Positions 38,969 through 52,299 of a stretch of DNA of 63,633 nt are shown piece by piece. Position 1 is the stretch's first letter, and every line of letters begins with the position of its first letter. A model generated the notes under the pieces. That model was not told the DNA's origin. It was given only the letters and a program-made list of their open reading frames with translations, and did no database searches. A program made the position numbers and the translations under genes. The stretch is from Octopus sinensis (taxonomy: Eukaryota): contig NW_021834600.1 in the NCBI RefSeq assembly GCF_006345805.1, positions 1 to 63,633 of the forward strand, in the 5' to 3' direction.

Positions 38969-39314
38969 GTGCCCTGGGAATGATAGCGAAAGGGACTGAT
39001 TGCTACCTAACTCAGATACCAGGAAACCCCAAAATGGCAGAAATTCAAAAGATAGTGCTCATGGGAACTGCTCATATCCTACGCAAAATACTCTCTATGT
39101 TTAAAACAAACTTTTTTTATTTTTATTTTTTATTTATTTATTTTTATTTATTTATTTTATTTTTATGTATTAGACATTCACTAGTACAACACAAAAAAAC
39201 AACAAAAAAACCTCCCAAATATATGGCACAGAACTTCCAACCTGTTGTCTCTTGAGGTTTCTGGGTGAGACTTGGAGCCAACTTGTACAGACATAAAGCA
39301 AAAGTTAAACATAG
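38969..39314 (+). pseudogene. R4/Dong-type 3' end
   Basis: ALGMIAKGTDCYLTQIPGNPKMAEIQKIVLMGTAHILRKILS; (AAT)n on both sides. Confidence 0.85.
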
Positions 39315-39332
39315 AATAATAATAATAATAAT

Positions 39333-39387
<55 letters not shown>

Positions 39388-39407
39388 TAATGATAATAAT
39401 AATAAAA

Positions 39408-39940
39408 TGCCCTGATGTAGTGGCTCTCATGGCTCCTGATTTTAACTGACTGGAAGTGTTATCATGTACATTGTTTTGTCTTGGCTACAGCAACTATTCT
39501 GCTCAATACCACAGATTTGCTTGTCTGTTGTTTGACCTTAACCAGTTGAGCATGTCCCTTAGTGGCTGATGATATGTGCATCTCTGATCACGAGCAGAAG
39601 TAGTGGGGGAGCATTATAGCCGTGTGTTGAAAGGAATTCTTGGAGATTTGGATAATTCACCTTTGGAAACATGGGTGGTTCATTCAACATTCTTAAAACA
39701 ATCTTTGTTCAGGGACCTTTTGAGCGGGATGGGCTACTCGACCAGAAGAAAATTCTAACTGGGCCCCACCTGCAAGGTCATAAGCTGTTTATCTTGATAT
39801 GAGGTCACCATGTCGCGCACATATGGTTGTGATGCATGTGCGTGGTGTGCCCTTATTAGACGGATTGTCATGATGGGTATACTAGGCTTCGTATCTTTTA
39901 CCCCAATGTCGCTTTGATGGCATGCACTGCTCTCTCACTC
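39408..39940 (+). mobile_element. Family D element, near full length, in (AAT)n
   Basis: Homologous to 56301-57014, 37410-37720 and 33838-33910; non-coding. Confidence 0.88.
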
Positions 39941-39974
39941 AATAATAATAATAATAATAGTAATAATAATAATA

Positions 39975-40016
<42 letters not shown>

Positions 40017-40046
40017 GTAATGATAATAATAATAATAATAATGATA

Positions 40047-40108
<62 letters not shown>

Positions 40109-40109
<1 letters not shown>

Positions 40110-40258
40110 GGTATATCCCAGAAAAGGTCTCAGAAAATGAGAAAGCAACCATACTCTGGGATATGCCAATACATACGGATAGAGAGATCCAGGTTAATAG
40201 ACCGGATATAGTTGACAGAGGTCACCAAGATAAAAATACCTTCTAATTGTTGTATCAA
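40109..40258 (+). pseudogene. R4/Dong-type RLE fragment
   Basis: PEKVSENEKATILWDMPIHTDREIQVNRPDIV directly after (AAT)n. Confidence 0.85.
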
Positions 40259-40337
40259 TTAGAGTTATTTACTGCACTGATCGGTAGTGCAGTAAAGGCC
40301 TGAGATAAAAAATAAGACTACTGAATAATGATTATAA

Positions 40338-41172
40338 TCCTTTCTTCTATAGGTACAAAGCCTAAAATTTTCGGGAAGCAAATAGTCGATTACATCAACC
40401 TCGGTGGAATTTACACTCAGAACGTAAAGATGAACGAAACGCAACTAAGCATTTTGCCCGGTGTGCTAAGGGTTCTTTCAGCTCGTTGCCTTGCCTTAAA
40501 GAAATATCAGCTTCCGAGAGTATTTATATTATTTTAAATGTCAAAGGCGGCGAGCTGGCAGAAATGTTAACCCGCCGGACGAAATGCTTAGCGGTGTTTC
40601 GTCTGTCTTTACGTTCTGAGTTCAAATTCCGCCGAGGTCGACATTGTCTTTCATCCTTTCAGGGTCGATAAATTAAGTACCGGTTACGCACTGGGGTCGA
40701 TGTAATCGACTTAATACCTATATCTGTCCTTGTTTGTCCACTCTATGTTTAGCCCCTTGTGGGTAATAAATAAATAGGTATTTCGTCTGTCTTTATGTTC
40801 TGAGTTCAAATTCCGCCGAGGTTGACTTTGCCTTCATCCTTCCGTGGTCGATAAATTAAGTACCAGTTGCGCACTGGAGTCGATCTAACTGAGTGGCCCC
40901 TACCCCACAAATTTCGGGCGTTGTCTCTTGAGTAGAAAAGAATATTTAAAACGGCGAGCTGGAAGAAGCGTTAGCACACCGGGCGAAATACTTAGCGCTA
41001 TTTCGTCTGTCTTTGTGTTCTGAGTCCAAATTCCGCCGAGGTTGACTTTGCCTTTCATCCTTTCATGGTCGATAAATTAAGTACCAGTTGCGTATTGGAG
41101 TCGATCTAATCGACTGCTCCCCCACACTACCTCAAAATTTTGGGCCTTGCGCCTAGAGCAGAAAAGGTTATT
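40338..41172. mobile_element. Family M cluster (minus 40338-40492; plus dimer 40545-40943; plus 40951-41172)
   Basis: Direct alignment among copies. Confidence 0.9.
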
Positions 41173-41836
41173 TTAAATGTCAGTAACCAAAAAGGATTTA
41201 GGCTATTGCTCACCTACACTGATGCAGGAGTTCCTTAAGGAAGATTCTACACACAACAGGCTTCAGCTATTCATAGAGAAGGGAAATACGGTGTATGCGT
41301 GTATACACAATTCGTGCTGGGGTCTGGACAAAAAGCTAAACCGAAATGTAATTTCAGATATATGTGTTATATGAATTTGTTTTTTTAATTATTTATGTAT
41401 ATATTCTATTCCATGTAATTATTTTAATTACTCAGCATCCAATTAATTATGCTATTATTTCCAAGGGACCTAATTATGCTTTCTTTTTTTCTTTCTTGTT
41501 CCTTTTCTGGCTCGTATCCCAGTGGGTTTGACGTCGGGCGTCATAGTTGCTGGATGGAAGTCGACAAGATAAACTCCAAAGAAATACCGAGATTCGATTG
41601 AATCGTCTGCCTTTCTTTCACCATAAAATCCTTTATATCGTTGTTGTTGTTGTTATTGATGTTGTTGTTGTTGTTGTTGTTTTTCTTCTTCTTCTTCTTC
41701 TTCTTCTTCTTCTTCTTCTTCTCCTCCTCCTCCTCCTTCTTCTTCTTCTTCTTCTTCTCATCATCATCACTGTTGTTGTTGTTATTATTATTATTATTAT
41801 TATTATTAATATCATCATCATCATCATCATCATCAA

Positions 41837-41893
<57 letters not shown>

Positions 41894-41899
41894 TATTAT

Positions 41900-42778
41900 T
41901 TTCATTTCTCTTTATCACAGGTTTTGTTGAAGATCCTGGAGCCTTACATGCGTACCAGGTTTACTACCTGCAGCCCAAGGTACCATGCTATTCATTCTTT
42001 TCAGCTATCAAATACTTTCCTGATTATTCTGTCCGTGCCAAGGAGGCAAACCTTTTGTAACAGTTCTACTGGTCACTTAATTCCAATTTCGTGTATATTC
42101 CAATTGATGCCTTCTACTACTGTTCCCAAGGACTCAACAATAATTGGCACTATCCACATCCTTCTTCATTTTCCATAGCCGGGCTATTTCGCACTTAAGA
42201 GGGTTATAATTCATCTGCCTTTTCGCCTTTCTTCTTGACTATTCATGGGCCAAAGGGGCTTGCCACATCATCTATGTAGCTTATGTGGTGCATCTTGTCC
42301 ACCACCACTAGGTCCGATCTGTAATGCTGTAGTATCTGACCTGTTGGATTGGGAAATCCCAGAGTATTGGGAAATCCCGACTCCGCCACTCTCTGCAGTA
42401 TGTGCCCATACCCCGCATTGTCTCTCTTTAGCCACTACTTTTCGCAGTTTCCAATGTAGCACTTTCGATACTTGATCGTATCGCCACAACTTGTGGTTTG
42501 GGGCCAGTCTAGGGCATTCGTTCGTGCTATGGGCAACGGTTTCATACACTCTATTGTAGATGTATCACAGCGGAGACACTTGCTCATTCCTATGGTTGAC
42601 CCTCCATTTCGCGGCCTAAGTTTGGTCTTGAGCTACCAGAATAGTGCTCTCGGTCTCTTCTTTTTTAGGCTTCCTTTCATTAGCCAATCCCACCTATATT
42701 TTCCAGCAACTTCTGTTATGGAACTGATTGTGTAGTCGCTTCTTGCGTAATTCGTTTTCATGCCTAGTTGAAAGAATA
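41900..42778 (-). pseudogene. R4/Dong-type 3' fragment (zinc knuckle to C terminus)
   Basis: KRLHNQF..DWLMKG..ETE..ILVAQDQ; ETVAH...ECPRLA..RYDQV.KVLHWKL; IVPIIV.SLGTV..VELLQKVCLLGT.RIIRKV; with frameshifts and stops. Confidence 0.88.
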
Positions 42779-42792
42779 GTAATAATAATATA

Positions 42793-42846
<54 letters not shown>

Positions 42847-42856
42847 TGATAACAAT

Positions 42857-42887
<31 letters not shown>

Positions 42888-42904
42888 ATAACAATAACAA
42901 TAAC

Positions 42905-42935
<31 letters not shown>

Positions 42936-42943
42936 TTAATAAC

Positions 42944-42983
<40 letters not shown>

Positions 42984-43016
42984 GTAATAATAATAATAAT
43001 TATTATTATTATTATT

Positions 43017-43405
43017 AAGGTGGCGAATAAGACGGTGAGCTGGCAGAATCGTTAGCATGCTGGACTAAATGATTAGCCCGTCGCCACGTTCTGAGTTCAA
43101 ATTCCACCTAGGCCGGTGTAGTAGTTGAACAATGGGGGTCGATATAATCGACTTATCTCCACCTTCCCCAAGCTGCCTTGAGGCAAAAGTCTGAAATAAT
43201 TATCAAGGTGGTGAACTGGCAGAATCGCTGGCACGGCGGGCAAAATACTTAACCGAATTTCTTCTGTCTTTATGTTCAGAGTTCAAATTGTCCCGAGGTG
43301 GAGTTTGTCTTTCAGCGTTTCGGCGTCAATGAAATAAGTACGAGTTTAGCACTTTGTAACCCGTCCCCTAACTTTCTGTATTTGTGCCAAAATTTGGTTA
43401 GAAAT
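43017..43405 (+). mobile_element. Two diverged tandem family M SINEs
   Basis: Heads at about 43030 and 43205 with GAGTTCAAATT B boxes. Confidence 0.75.
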
Positions 43406-43457
43406 AAAAAATTCCCATTTCCCATTTTCGCTCTGGCTCTCGTATAATCTATGCAAT

Positions 43458-43500
<43 letters not shown>

Positions 43501-43502
<2 letters not shown>

Positions 43503-43682
43503 ATGCGCATGATGATAGATCGCTAGCCACCACACATTCTTTATTTTCTCTTTGTATCTTTCTGTGTTCTTTCTGTGGAAGAGCGTATACTCGAAATGTT
43601 AAAAGCCTTTTCACTTCCAGAGCGTTATACTAATATATCTGTTTGTTGTCTACACCACCTGTCTTCGACTTTTGTTTCTTTG
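43501..43682 (+). mobile_element. Family A (TA)n-embedded element
   Basis: CTTTCTGTGGAAGAGCGTATACTCGAAATGTTAAAAG..GAGCGTTATACTAATA..CACCACCTGTCTTCG. Confidence 0.7.
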
Positions 43683-43769
<87 letters not shown>

Positions 43770-43788
43770 TATATATATATAATATATA

Positions 43789-43829
<41 letters not shown>

Positions 43830-43961
43830 CATATATATATATTTAATATATATATATATATATATAATATACATATATATATATTTAAAAATATTCAAAT
43901 ATAAGCAAATATGAGTATATACATATATATATATTACACATACATGTGTGTGTGTATGTGT

Positions 43962-44001
<40 letters not shown>

Positions 44002-44338
44002 GCGTGTGCGTGTTTATAACGGCAACTCTATTGTGTGGCATTCTTCAATATTTCTGAAACGTTTACTGCGTGTGAACATTGCTTTCAGCCATACAGGCTA
44101 ATTCTCAAATGATGAAACACTCATATATGTACAATGACCCGCTTATGGCATTACCAGATATGTCTGAAATATTTATACATGTGTTTGTGTGCGCGTGAGC
44201 TTGTATGTGCGTGTGTGTGTTTATATATATATATATGGTGTGTGTGTGTGTGTGTGTATACACAATATACATAGGCACGTACATGTATACACACAGATAT
44301 AACCCGGTCATGAGATACGAGATATATATATATATATA

Positions 44339-44373
<35 letters not shown>

Positions 44374-44556
44374 CTGTATTATTATATGTATATATATATT
44401 TATAATATATTATTATATATATATATTATATATATATATAATAGATATATCAACATATAGTATATATATATATATATATCTATACATATATATATATACA
44501 CACATAATAACCGGTCATAAGATGATATATATATGTATATATGCATATATACATAT

Positions 44557-44592
<36 letters not shown>

Positions 44593-45493
44593 GGATAGAG
44601 AGATATATGAGTCTATGTTTGAATACACACACCATTAGTATCTACATCAATACGTAAATATATGCCTGCGTACTATAATGCATACACACGCACACACATA
44701 CACACACACACAAACACACGCGCGCACACTTATATTATATTCCTAAACTTGCATTTTAAAACCAAATAACATACTTACAGCTTTCGGCTTATATAATCAA
44801 CTTGTTTTCTTTTTCTACGAATTCATTATTCCTGGAAGTCATTAAATTTTTAAGTTGAACTTATTCTACCGTAAATTGATATTGTGGTGTTACATCCTAG
44901 ATTTATAATAAAAGAAAACCAAAACAAACGTTTATGCCTAAATGCTAACCGATATCCATGATTTGGACGTACGAAATAAGCAGTTGGGAGTGTTGCTTAT
45001 ATTCACTGGTTTCGTAAGCTAAACGACTGTACTTGAGTTACATACGTGATTAAGTAAAATATTCGGTAGAAGATAGCGTTTTACTCTTACTAATCCGCAA
45101 TGGAGTTAATCTTTAATAATTAACATATCGGGTGTGTTTACTAGATCGCCTTTAAGCTGTTATAAACGTCCGGATATACGACCTCATGCTGACCACATTA
45201 AGGATTGACTAGATGGGCTGACGAAATAATCGTCTGCACAAGTACATGGTAATACCGTGTCATGCGATTTCACCGTTATCTGCAGATTTTCTGTGGTAGT
45301 TCAGCCTTGCATCAAATTCTAGAACGAAGGTCGGTCGAACCGATATAGTGTAACAACGGTCAACCTGCAATTTAGTCTTACCACTCAAGAAAGCATATAC
45401 ATGTTTATACCATAGAGAGAAACTTTCGGGATGTAATTCCATAGAACCACGTGGCATTGGGTACCACCCTATTTGCAATGCTCAATTAAAACA

Positions 45494-45830
45494 ACACACT
45501 GAAATAGCAGCCAAACCTACCTCAATTTAGTCTATGAAATAGCAACCGAATCTACCTTAGATAACGTCTTAGAATAGCGCTGAATCTACCCCCAAATAAT
45601 ACACTGAAATAGCAGCCAAATCTACCTCAATTTACGCTATGAAATACCAACCAAATCTTCCTCAAATAACTCTCTAGAGTAGCGCTGAAATCTACCTCAA
45701 ATAACACGCTGAAATAGCAGCCAAATCTTTTCTTTGAGGTAGATTCTATATGAGGTAGATTTGGTTCCTGCTATTTCAGTGAGTGACTTGTAAGATTTGG
45801 CTACTTTTACAGGAAATTAGAAAAAAATTG
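45494..45830. repeat. 35-bp minisatellite, 105-bp higher-order period, with terminal inverted units
   Basis: GAAATAGCAGCCAAA at 45501, 45606 and 45711; inverted units at about 45735-45785. Confidence 0.9.
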
Positions 45831-46581
45831 TCTACTATTTCTAGCAGGTCATAGGACCGTGGAGATGCCTCAACTTCACCCACTGTACCTTTTCTGTTAA
45901 TGGAAAATAAAGTATGGCAAGATGTATTTGGCACCCTAATTTTCAAACAATGATAAAGAATAACAAACATGCATCCACCTACCTAGTTACCATCAATGTC
46001 TCCCTTAGACTTCAGCGCCCTTCAAATCTGAGTCACGTCAGAGAAACAAAAAAGACAAAAGCAAAAAAAATAAAAATGAAAATAAAAATAAATACGAAAC
46101 AATCAGTCATATGACACAGCAACCAAATCCATCCACTACCACACATCCGGGTAGAAAGGGAAATTGTCGCATGACCAAAATCTTGCTTTAGAATATCATT
46201 GGAACCGTGTTTCACCGGAATAAAAGAGAGATAAACACGCTGTGCAAATCTTCAGAGGCAATTCTTTTATTTTTTTTAACAAACAGTAAATGTTTTTGAC
46301 CGAGAAAGCGTGATGCTAGCTCCGTTTTATGGTATCACTCTAGCATCAATGTTTACCAAAGAAACATGCCAACCCCCGCCTGTACACCCTGTTTAACATA
46401 TTTTGATGCTAAAACACATAAAATGGCAGAAACCCTGTTATAAAACTAGCAATTATACTATAAATGTCTCGAAAGCAAATAAATTTGATAAATTATGCAA
46501 CTTACGCAATGTTTTCTTTTTGTTTTTGTTGTTCTGTTATTGTTTTCTTTAAATTTTTTGCTCTATTTATTATTATTATTA

Positions 46582-46633
<52 letters not shown>

Positions 46634-46714
46634 GTTGTTGTTGTTGTTGTTGATGTTGTCACATTATATTTATCATTCTAATAGTCTTTTTATTATTATT
46701 ATCAATATTATTCA

Positions 46715-46767
<53 letters not shown>

Positions 46768-46818
46768 TTGCCGCTGCTGCTGCTACTACTACCTGCTTTT
46801 ATTGTTTATATGCTGTAA

Positions 46819-47030
46819 TGGCGGCGAGTTGGCAGAAGCGTTACCGCGCCGGACAAAATGCTTGGCAGCATTTCGTCCGTCTTTACGTCCTGATTTCAAA
46901 TGTCCCCGGAATCGATTTTGCCTTTCACCATCTCATGGTCGATAAAATAAGTACCAGTTACGCACTGGGGTCGATGTAGTCGATTTACACCCTCCCCCGG
47001 ACTCGCTCGCCTTGTGCCAAAATTTGAAGC
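46819..47030 (+). mobile_element. SINE family M ending in (ATT)n
   Basis: Head, central block and second tail type. Confidence 0.85.
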
Positions 47031-47039
47031 CATTATTAT

Positions 47040-47108
47040 TATTTTCATTATCATGATGATGATGATGATTTTCTTGTGCTATTTTTATCATTGTTGTTGT
47101 TGTTGTTG

Positions 47109-47190
<82 letters not shown>

Positions 47191-47378
47191 GTTATTACCA
47201 CTACTGTTATTATTAACGATTATTACCATTCTTCTTTTTCTTCTATTTCTCCTCTTCTTCTTCTTTTTCTTTTTCTTCTTCTTTTTCTTTTTCTTCTTCT
47301 TCTTCTTCGTCTTTTTCTTCTTCTTCTTCTTCGTCTTTTTCTTCTTCTTCTCTTCCTCCTCCTCCTTCTTCCTTATAC

Positions 47379-47409
<31 letters not shown>

Positions 47410-47413
47410 GTTA

Positions 47414-47445
<32 letters not shown>

Positions 47446-47645
47446 GTTATTACCACTACTGTTATTATTAACGATTATTACCATTCTTTTTCTTCTTCTT
47501 CTTCTTCTTCTTCGTCTTTTTCTTCTTCTTCTTCTTCGTCTTTTTCTTCTTCTTCTCTTCCTCCTCCTCCTTCTTCCTTATACTATTATTATTATTATTA
47601 TTATTATTATTGTTATTGTTATTATTGTTATTATTATTATTATTT
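47040..47645. repeat. Duplicated compound (ATT)/(CTT) microsatellite
   Basis: Unique spacer GTTATTACCACTACTGTTATTATTAACGATTATTACCATTCTT at 47191 and 47446. Confidence 0.92.
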
Positions 47646-48783
47646 TGCACCACAAGGCATTCACTTAGATACTTTGAGAACCTTGACAATGAGTTAATGA
47701 TTTAAGGCTCAGTAAAATCTGCTCCGCTCTTTTATTTAAATTTATTAATTTATTCTTTATTTTTATCTTTGGACTTTCGATTTCCTAATGCATCATTAAG
47801 GTGTTGGGAACAATTTAATTCACAAATAAGAGAAAACTAAACGAAAATCACAGAAACACCTTCGCCTCCAAAAAACACACACCCCAACACACACAAAAAA
47901 ACCGTGGCCAATAACAATGCCTTTTAAGGCTTCTCTTTTGCTTGTTATTTAATTTAGTTTGTTATGCTTTATTTTCAAGTATTTTCGATCACATTTTGCT
48001 AGTATTTATTTCTCGATCCGACAACCCAAACGTTAGGATTTGTCGAGATTTTTATACAAGTTTCTCTTTAATGTTTAACATCGTCCATGTTTTCTTTATA
48101 TTTATTTCATTTTGAAACTGACTACAAATGTAGACATGAAAAGAATCGTTGAAAAATCTCACCAAAATTTAATCTAAAACTACAAACACTGGAAATGTTC
48201 GCTTAAAATTTGATTCTAAGCCCAGAGAACTAACTGTGATATATTTTTCTTGACAGCGCTACTATAACAGTCGCACTTTTATTATTATCTAACACAGCCA
48301 ACCAGTTAAAAAAATTAGGTGCCACTGTTTTTCTACCCTTTCAACGTTTGGTTGTTTGATTACTTGTTTGTTTGATTCCTTGCTCAAATGTGTACATAGT
48401 ACGGTCGAGTAGATAAAGAGATTTCTATGAATGAGGTCAACGTAGGAGTACTGAAGCAGAGTATAACGAGAAAGAATGAGAGAGTTTAGGAAGTAGGTTG
48501 AAAAGTGTGGAGAAAATGGAATAATAAAATAGGGAGATATGTTATTATTTTGCAAACTACGTGTACAACTGACAAATATCCACATATGCATAAAGCTCCA
48601 CAAGCATGAATAAATTCTGGATAATAGTACAACTCCAAATGTAATCAATTAAAAATTTCCATAACATCTTGCCACCAAAACCTACTATTCAACCAAATTA
48701 TCATTCACTAGAACGCAGCTTACCATGAAATATTTAACTCAGCCGGGACTATAAAGCAAAGAAGAACTCAAATATACCACAGT

Positions 48784-48827
48784 CTGATGATGGGTTAACT
48801 GACCGAAACTTCGAAGTCTCGGTCAGT
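48784..48827 (+). ncRNA. Hammerhead-like core with fold-back 3' side
   Basis: CTGATGA..GG/CC-GAA-ACTTCGAAGT-C; stem I poor; competing hairpin ACTGACCGA/TCGGTCAGT. Confidence 0.4.
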
Positions 48828-49010
48828 AGTATTCTTATTAAAGAATAATAAATTTGTTCTCTCCAAAATATATTGAGTAATCCTCCAATTTCATGTAACA
48901 TTGCTTTTATTATATACGTATATATGTGTATATGTATATGTATGCATATATATATATATATATATGGGCGTGTATATACATATATATATGTGTGTATTTA
49001 TATATATATA

Positions 49011-49046
<36 letters not shown>

Positions 49047-49075
49047 CTATATATATATATATATATATATATATT

Positions 49076-49258
49076 TCACCATGATAATCGGTAGTCACTA
49101 CACACATTTTTCTCTCCTAGTTTCTTTCTGTGTTCCTATGGGAAGAGTAGGCTCGAAATGTAAAAGAATTTTTCAATTCCTGAGCGTTATACTAATACAT
49201 CTGTTTGTTTTCTACACCACCTGTCTTCGTCTTTTGTTTTTTTTCGTGAATTATCCCT
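49076..49258 (+). mobile_element. Family A (TA)n-embedded element
   Basis: Aligns with 21801 and 43501. Confidence 0.7.
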
Positions 49259-49851
49259 ATATATATATATATATATATATATACCCGTATGTATATGTCC
49301 CTTTGGTTTCCTCTCTTCCCCTAATCCTTCAATCCCTCTGCCCCTATCCTCGCTTTTCCTTCCACGTGACCGATGTTCGGCCAGGCATGATATTTCTTAT
49401 TTGGCTCGACAGCCGGCCGCGAAGCAGCTCTTATATTCTTGCCTCCTGACTTTCATCTCATATGTTCTTCTATATTCCTGCCTCAAGGCTTTCACTCTAC
49501 ACACGACAGCTCAACTTAATTCATCTTTATTAGTCAAAAGACACCTGTTGTTATTTCCTTGGTGTTTGTATTTGTAATTGTGTAATATGTTCTTCATTTT
49601 CTATCTTTGTTTTCGTACACATTCGCTTGCTTTCTCTCTAAAATTGAATGCACTTAGCTAGGATTTTTGGGGGCAACCCGATTTGAACAGTCTCAAATGC
49701 AACTGACAGAAACAGTAAGGATAATTTGGTAACTAGACTAATGAGGGGAAGCTGCAAATGACCCAGTCGTGTTTTTTTCCTGTCCGTCTTTTTATTGTCG
49801 TCTGTTGCGTTCTTGTTCCATTTTGGGGATTTATATATACGTATAGCAGCG

Positions 49852-49879
49852 TACGTACACTTTTGCCCACCTTATATAT

Positions 49880-49922
<43 letters not shown>

Positions 49923-49935
49923 TATATATATATAA

Positions 49936-49975
<40 letters not shown>

Positions 49976-50003
49976 ATATATAAGGTGGGCAAAAGTGTAC
50001 GTA
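49852..50003. repeat. Perfect ~39-bp inverted repeat around a (TA)n tract
   Basis: TACGTACACTTTTGCCCACCTTATATATATACATGTATA ... TATACATGTATATATATAAGGTGGGCAAAAGTGTACGTA. Confidence 0.92.
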
Positions 50004-50009
50004 TATTAC

Positions 50010-50389
<380 letters not shown>

Positions 50390-50436
50390 ATGTATGTAAG
50401 AAATATTGTAATATAATTGCATGCACGCATCATCTA

Positions 50437-50468
<32 letters not shown>

Positions 50469-51614
50469 ATATATATAGATTGATTGATAGATAGATAGAT
50501 AGATTGATAGATAGATAGATAGATAGATTGATAGATAGACAGATAGATAGATAGATAGATAGATAGATGGATGGATTGATGAATAGATAGATATGTTAAT
50601 AATTACCTGTATGCATGTCTATTACGAAATGGCGGATAATTTAATAGGAATGTTAAATATATTAATGGGCTCCGGCGTCGGTTTAATAGAGAACGGAGAC
50701 GGAAGTTAATGGCGTATAGACATTGTAATGAGAATTAAGATAGCGGTAGCGGTGGTGGTGTTGGAGAAATTTAATGAAAAACTCTCATTGCTTTATTGGA
50801 AATATTTGCAAATTGGATGGAAATTGTGGCCAATTTAATCGCTTTCAATAAAATGCATATTACAGATAAGATTATGTAGAAAATGTATCCCATAGTTCAT
50901 AGTATTTCACTCCGTTTAGCATCGGTCATGTAAATGAGTTGTGTAGTAGTGCGTTCTGACCTGCTATAGTGACCTTTCGAATCACGTAGCCTCCCTTAGA
51001 TTTGCTAGTGCTTCAGGCGTTCTTTTCATGTGGGGCGAATATGTTTGAAGAATGGACTACAAAGTACCGTAAGATCAATATCATGTCCATGGCATTAGAT
51101 AATAAACGTTCTTTAAGAAAGCTCCGGGAGTTTTCAACGTAGATTGATGAAATCAAAGATCTTCCAATCCTGCGTCTCTCCACTTCTCTTTCTCTCTCTC
51201 CTTCGCTCACTTTCTTTCTTGTTCTTTATTCCGCTTACTCCCTCCCCAACCGACATTTCTTTATGCATATATATATATGTATATATGTATGTATATATAC
51301 ATATATAAAGACATACATACATATACACATACATATATACTTACATATATATATATATATATGTGCGTGTGAGTGTGTATGTATTTGTATATATACATGC
51401 AATTATGCGTGTGTATATGTGCATATATGTGTGTGTGTGTTTATGATTGCATGTATGTATATATATATATATATGTGTGTGTCTGTTGATGTACGTATTA
51501 TTTCGTTAGTCGCACTGTATCAGTTTCTTACACTATGCGCACGCGCTCTCGTATAAATGTCTGAATGTATGATAGAGTTATTAAGTGTTGTCTATACGCA
51601 TGTGCGCGCACGCA

Positions 51615-51660
<46 letters not shown>

Positions 51661-51720
51661 AATGTACAAGCATAATCACAAATATAGCCATTCGCATAAA
51701 CACAGATATAGCACACACAC

Positions 51721-51765
<45 letters not shown>

Positions 51766-52007
51766 CATAATTATTCACATATATACATGCATACGCACAT
51801 ACATAATTGCATACACACACACACACGCACACACACACAGGTACGAACCCACACACACACACACACATACACACACATACATCCATAAACAAACAAACAT
51901 ACAGACATAAACAGACGTATAGCCATTCGCATATAAACATATGTTACTTTGTATATGATTATATATTTATCATGTTTTTTTACTCTTATATATCCCGCTC
52001 ACTCACA

Positions 52008-52058
<51 letters not shown>

Positions 52059-52299
52059 ACACACAGGCGCGTTCGCACACACACACACATACATGCAAAT
52101 TCGTGTATGAACTTAGGTGCATCCACAGAAAAACGAAACACGAGATACAAGTATAAAGCCATGTTTATACCAAGAAACCATTGCCTGCCTATCTTTTATT
52201 CTTCTTCAGAGAAGATCTTTCAGAAGCTCTCTCCTTCCGCAGAACAATCTTCAACCAGTCACTCATCACACTTCCTTCATTCGTTCGCTCGTTCTCTCC

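Noticed and set aside
43690-43890. Recurrent TATAATATA/TATTATA interruptions in (TA)n tracts as a coded pattern
   Set aside because: Most plausibly slippage or long-read consensus indel errors in TA hairpins.
45494-45730. CRISPR-like regular ~35-bp repeats (also the 50-bp pair at 14745)
   Set aside because: No unique spacers, eukaryotic context, no cas genes.
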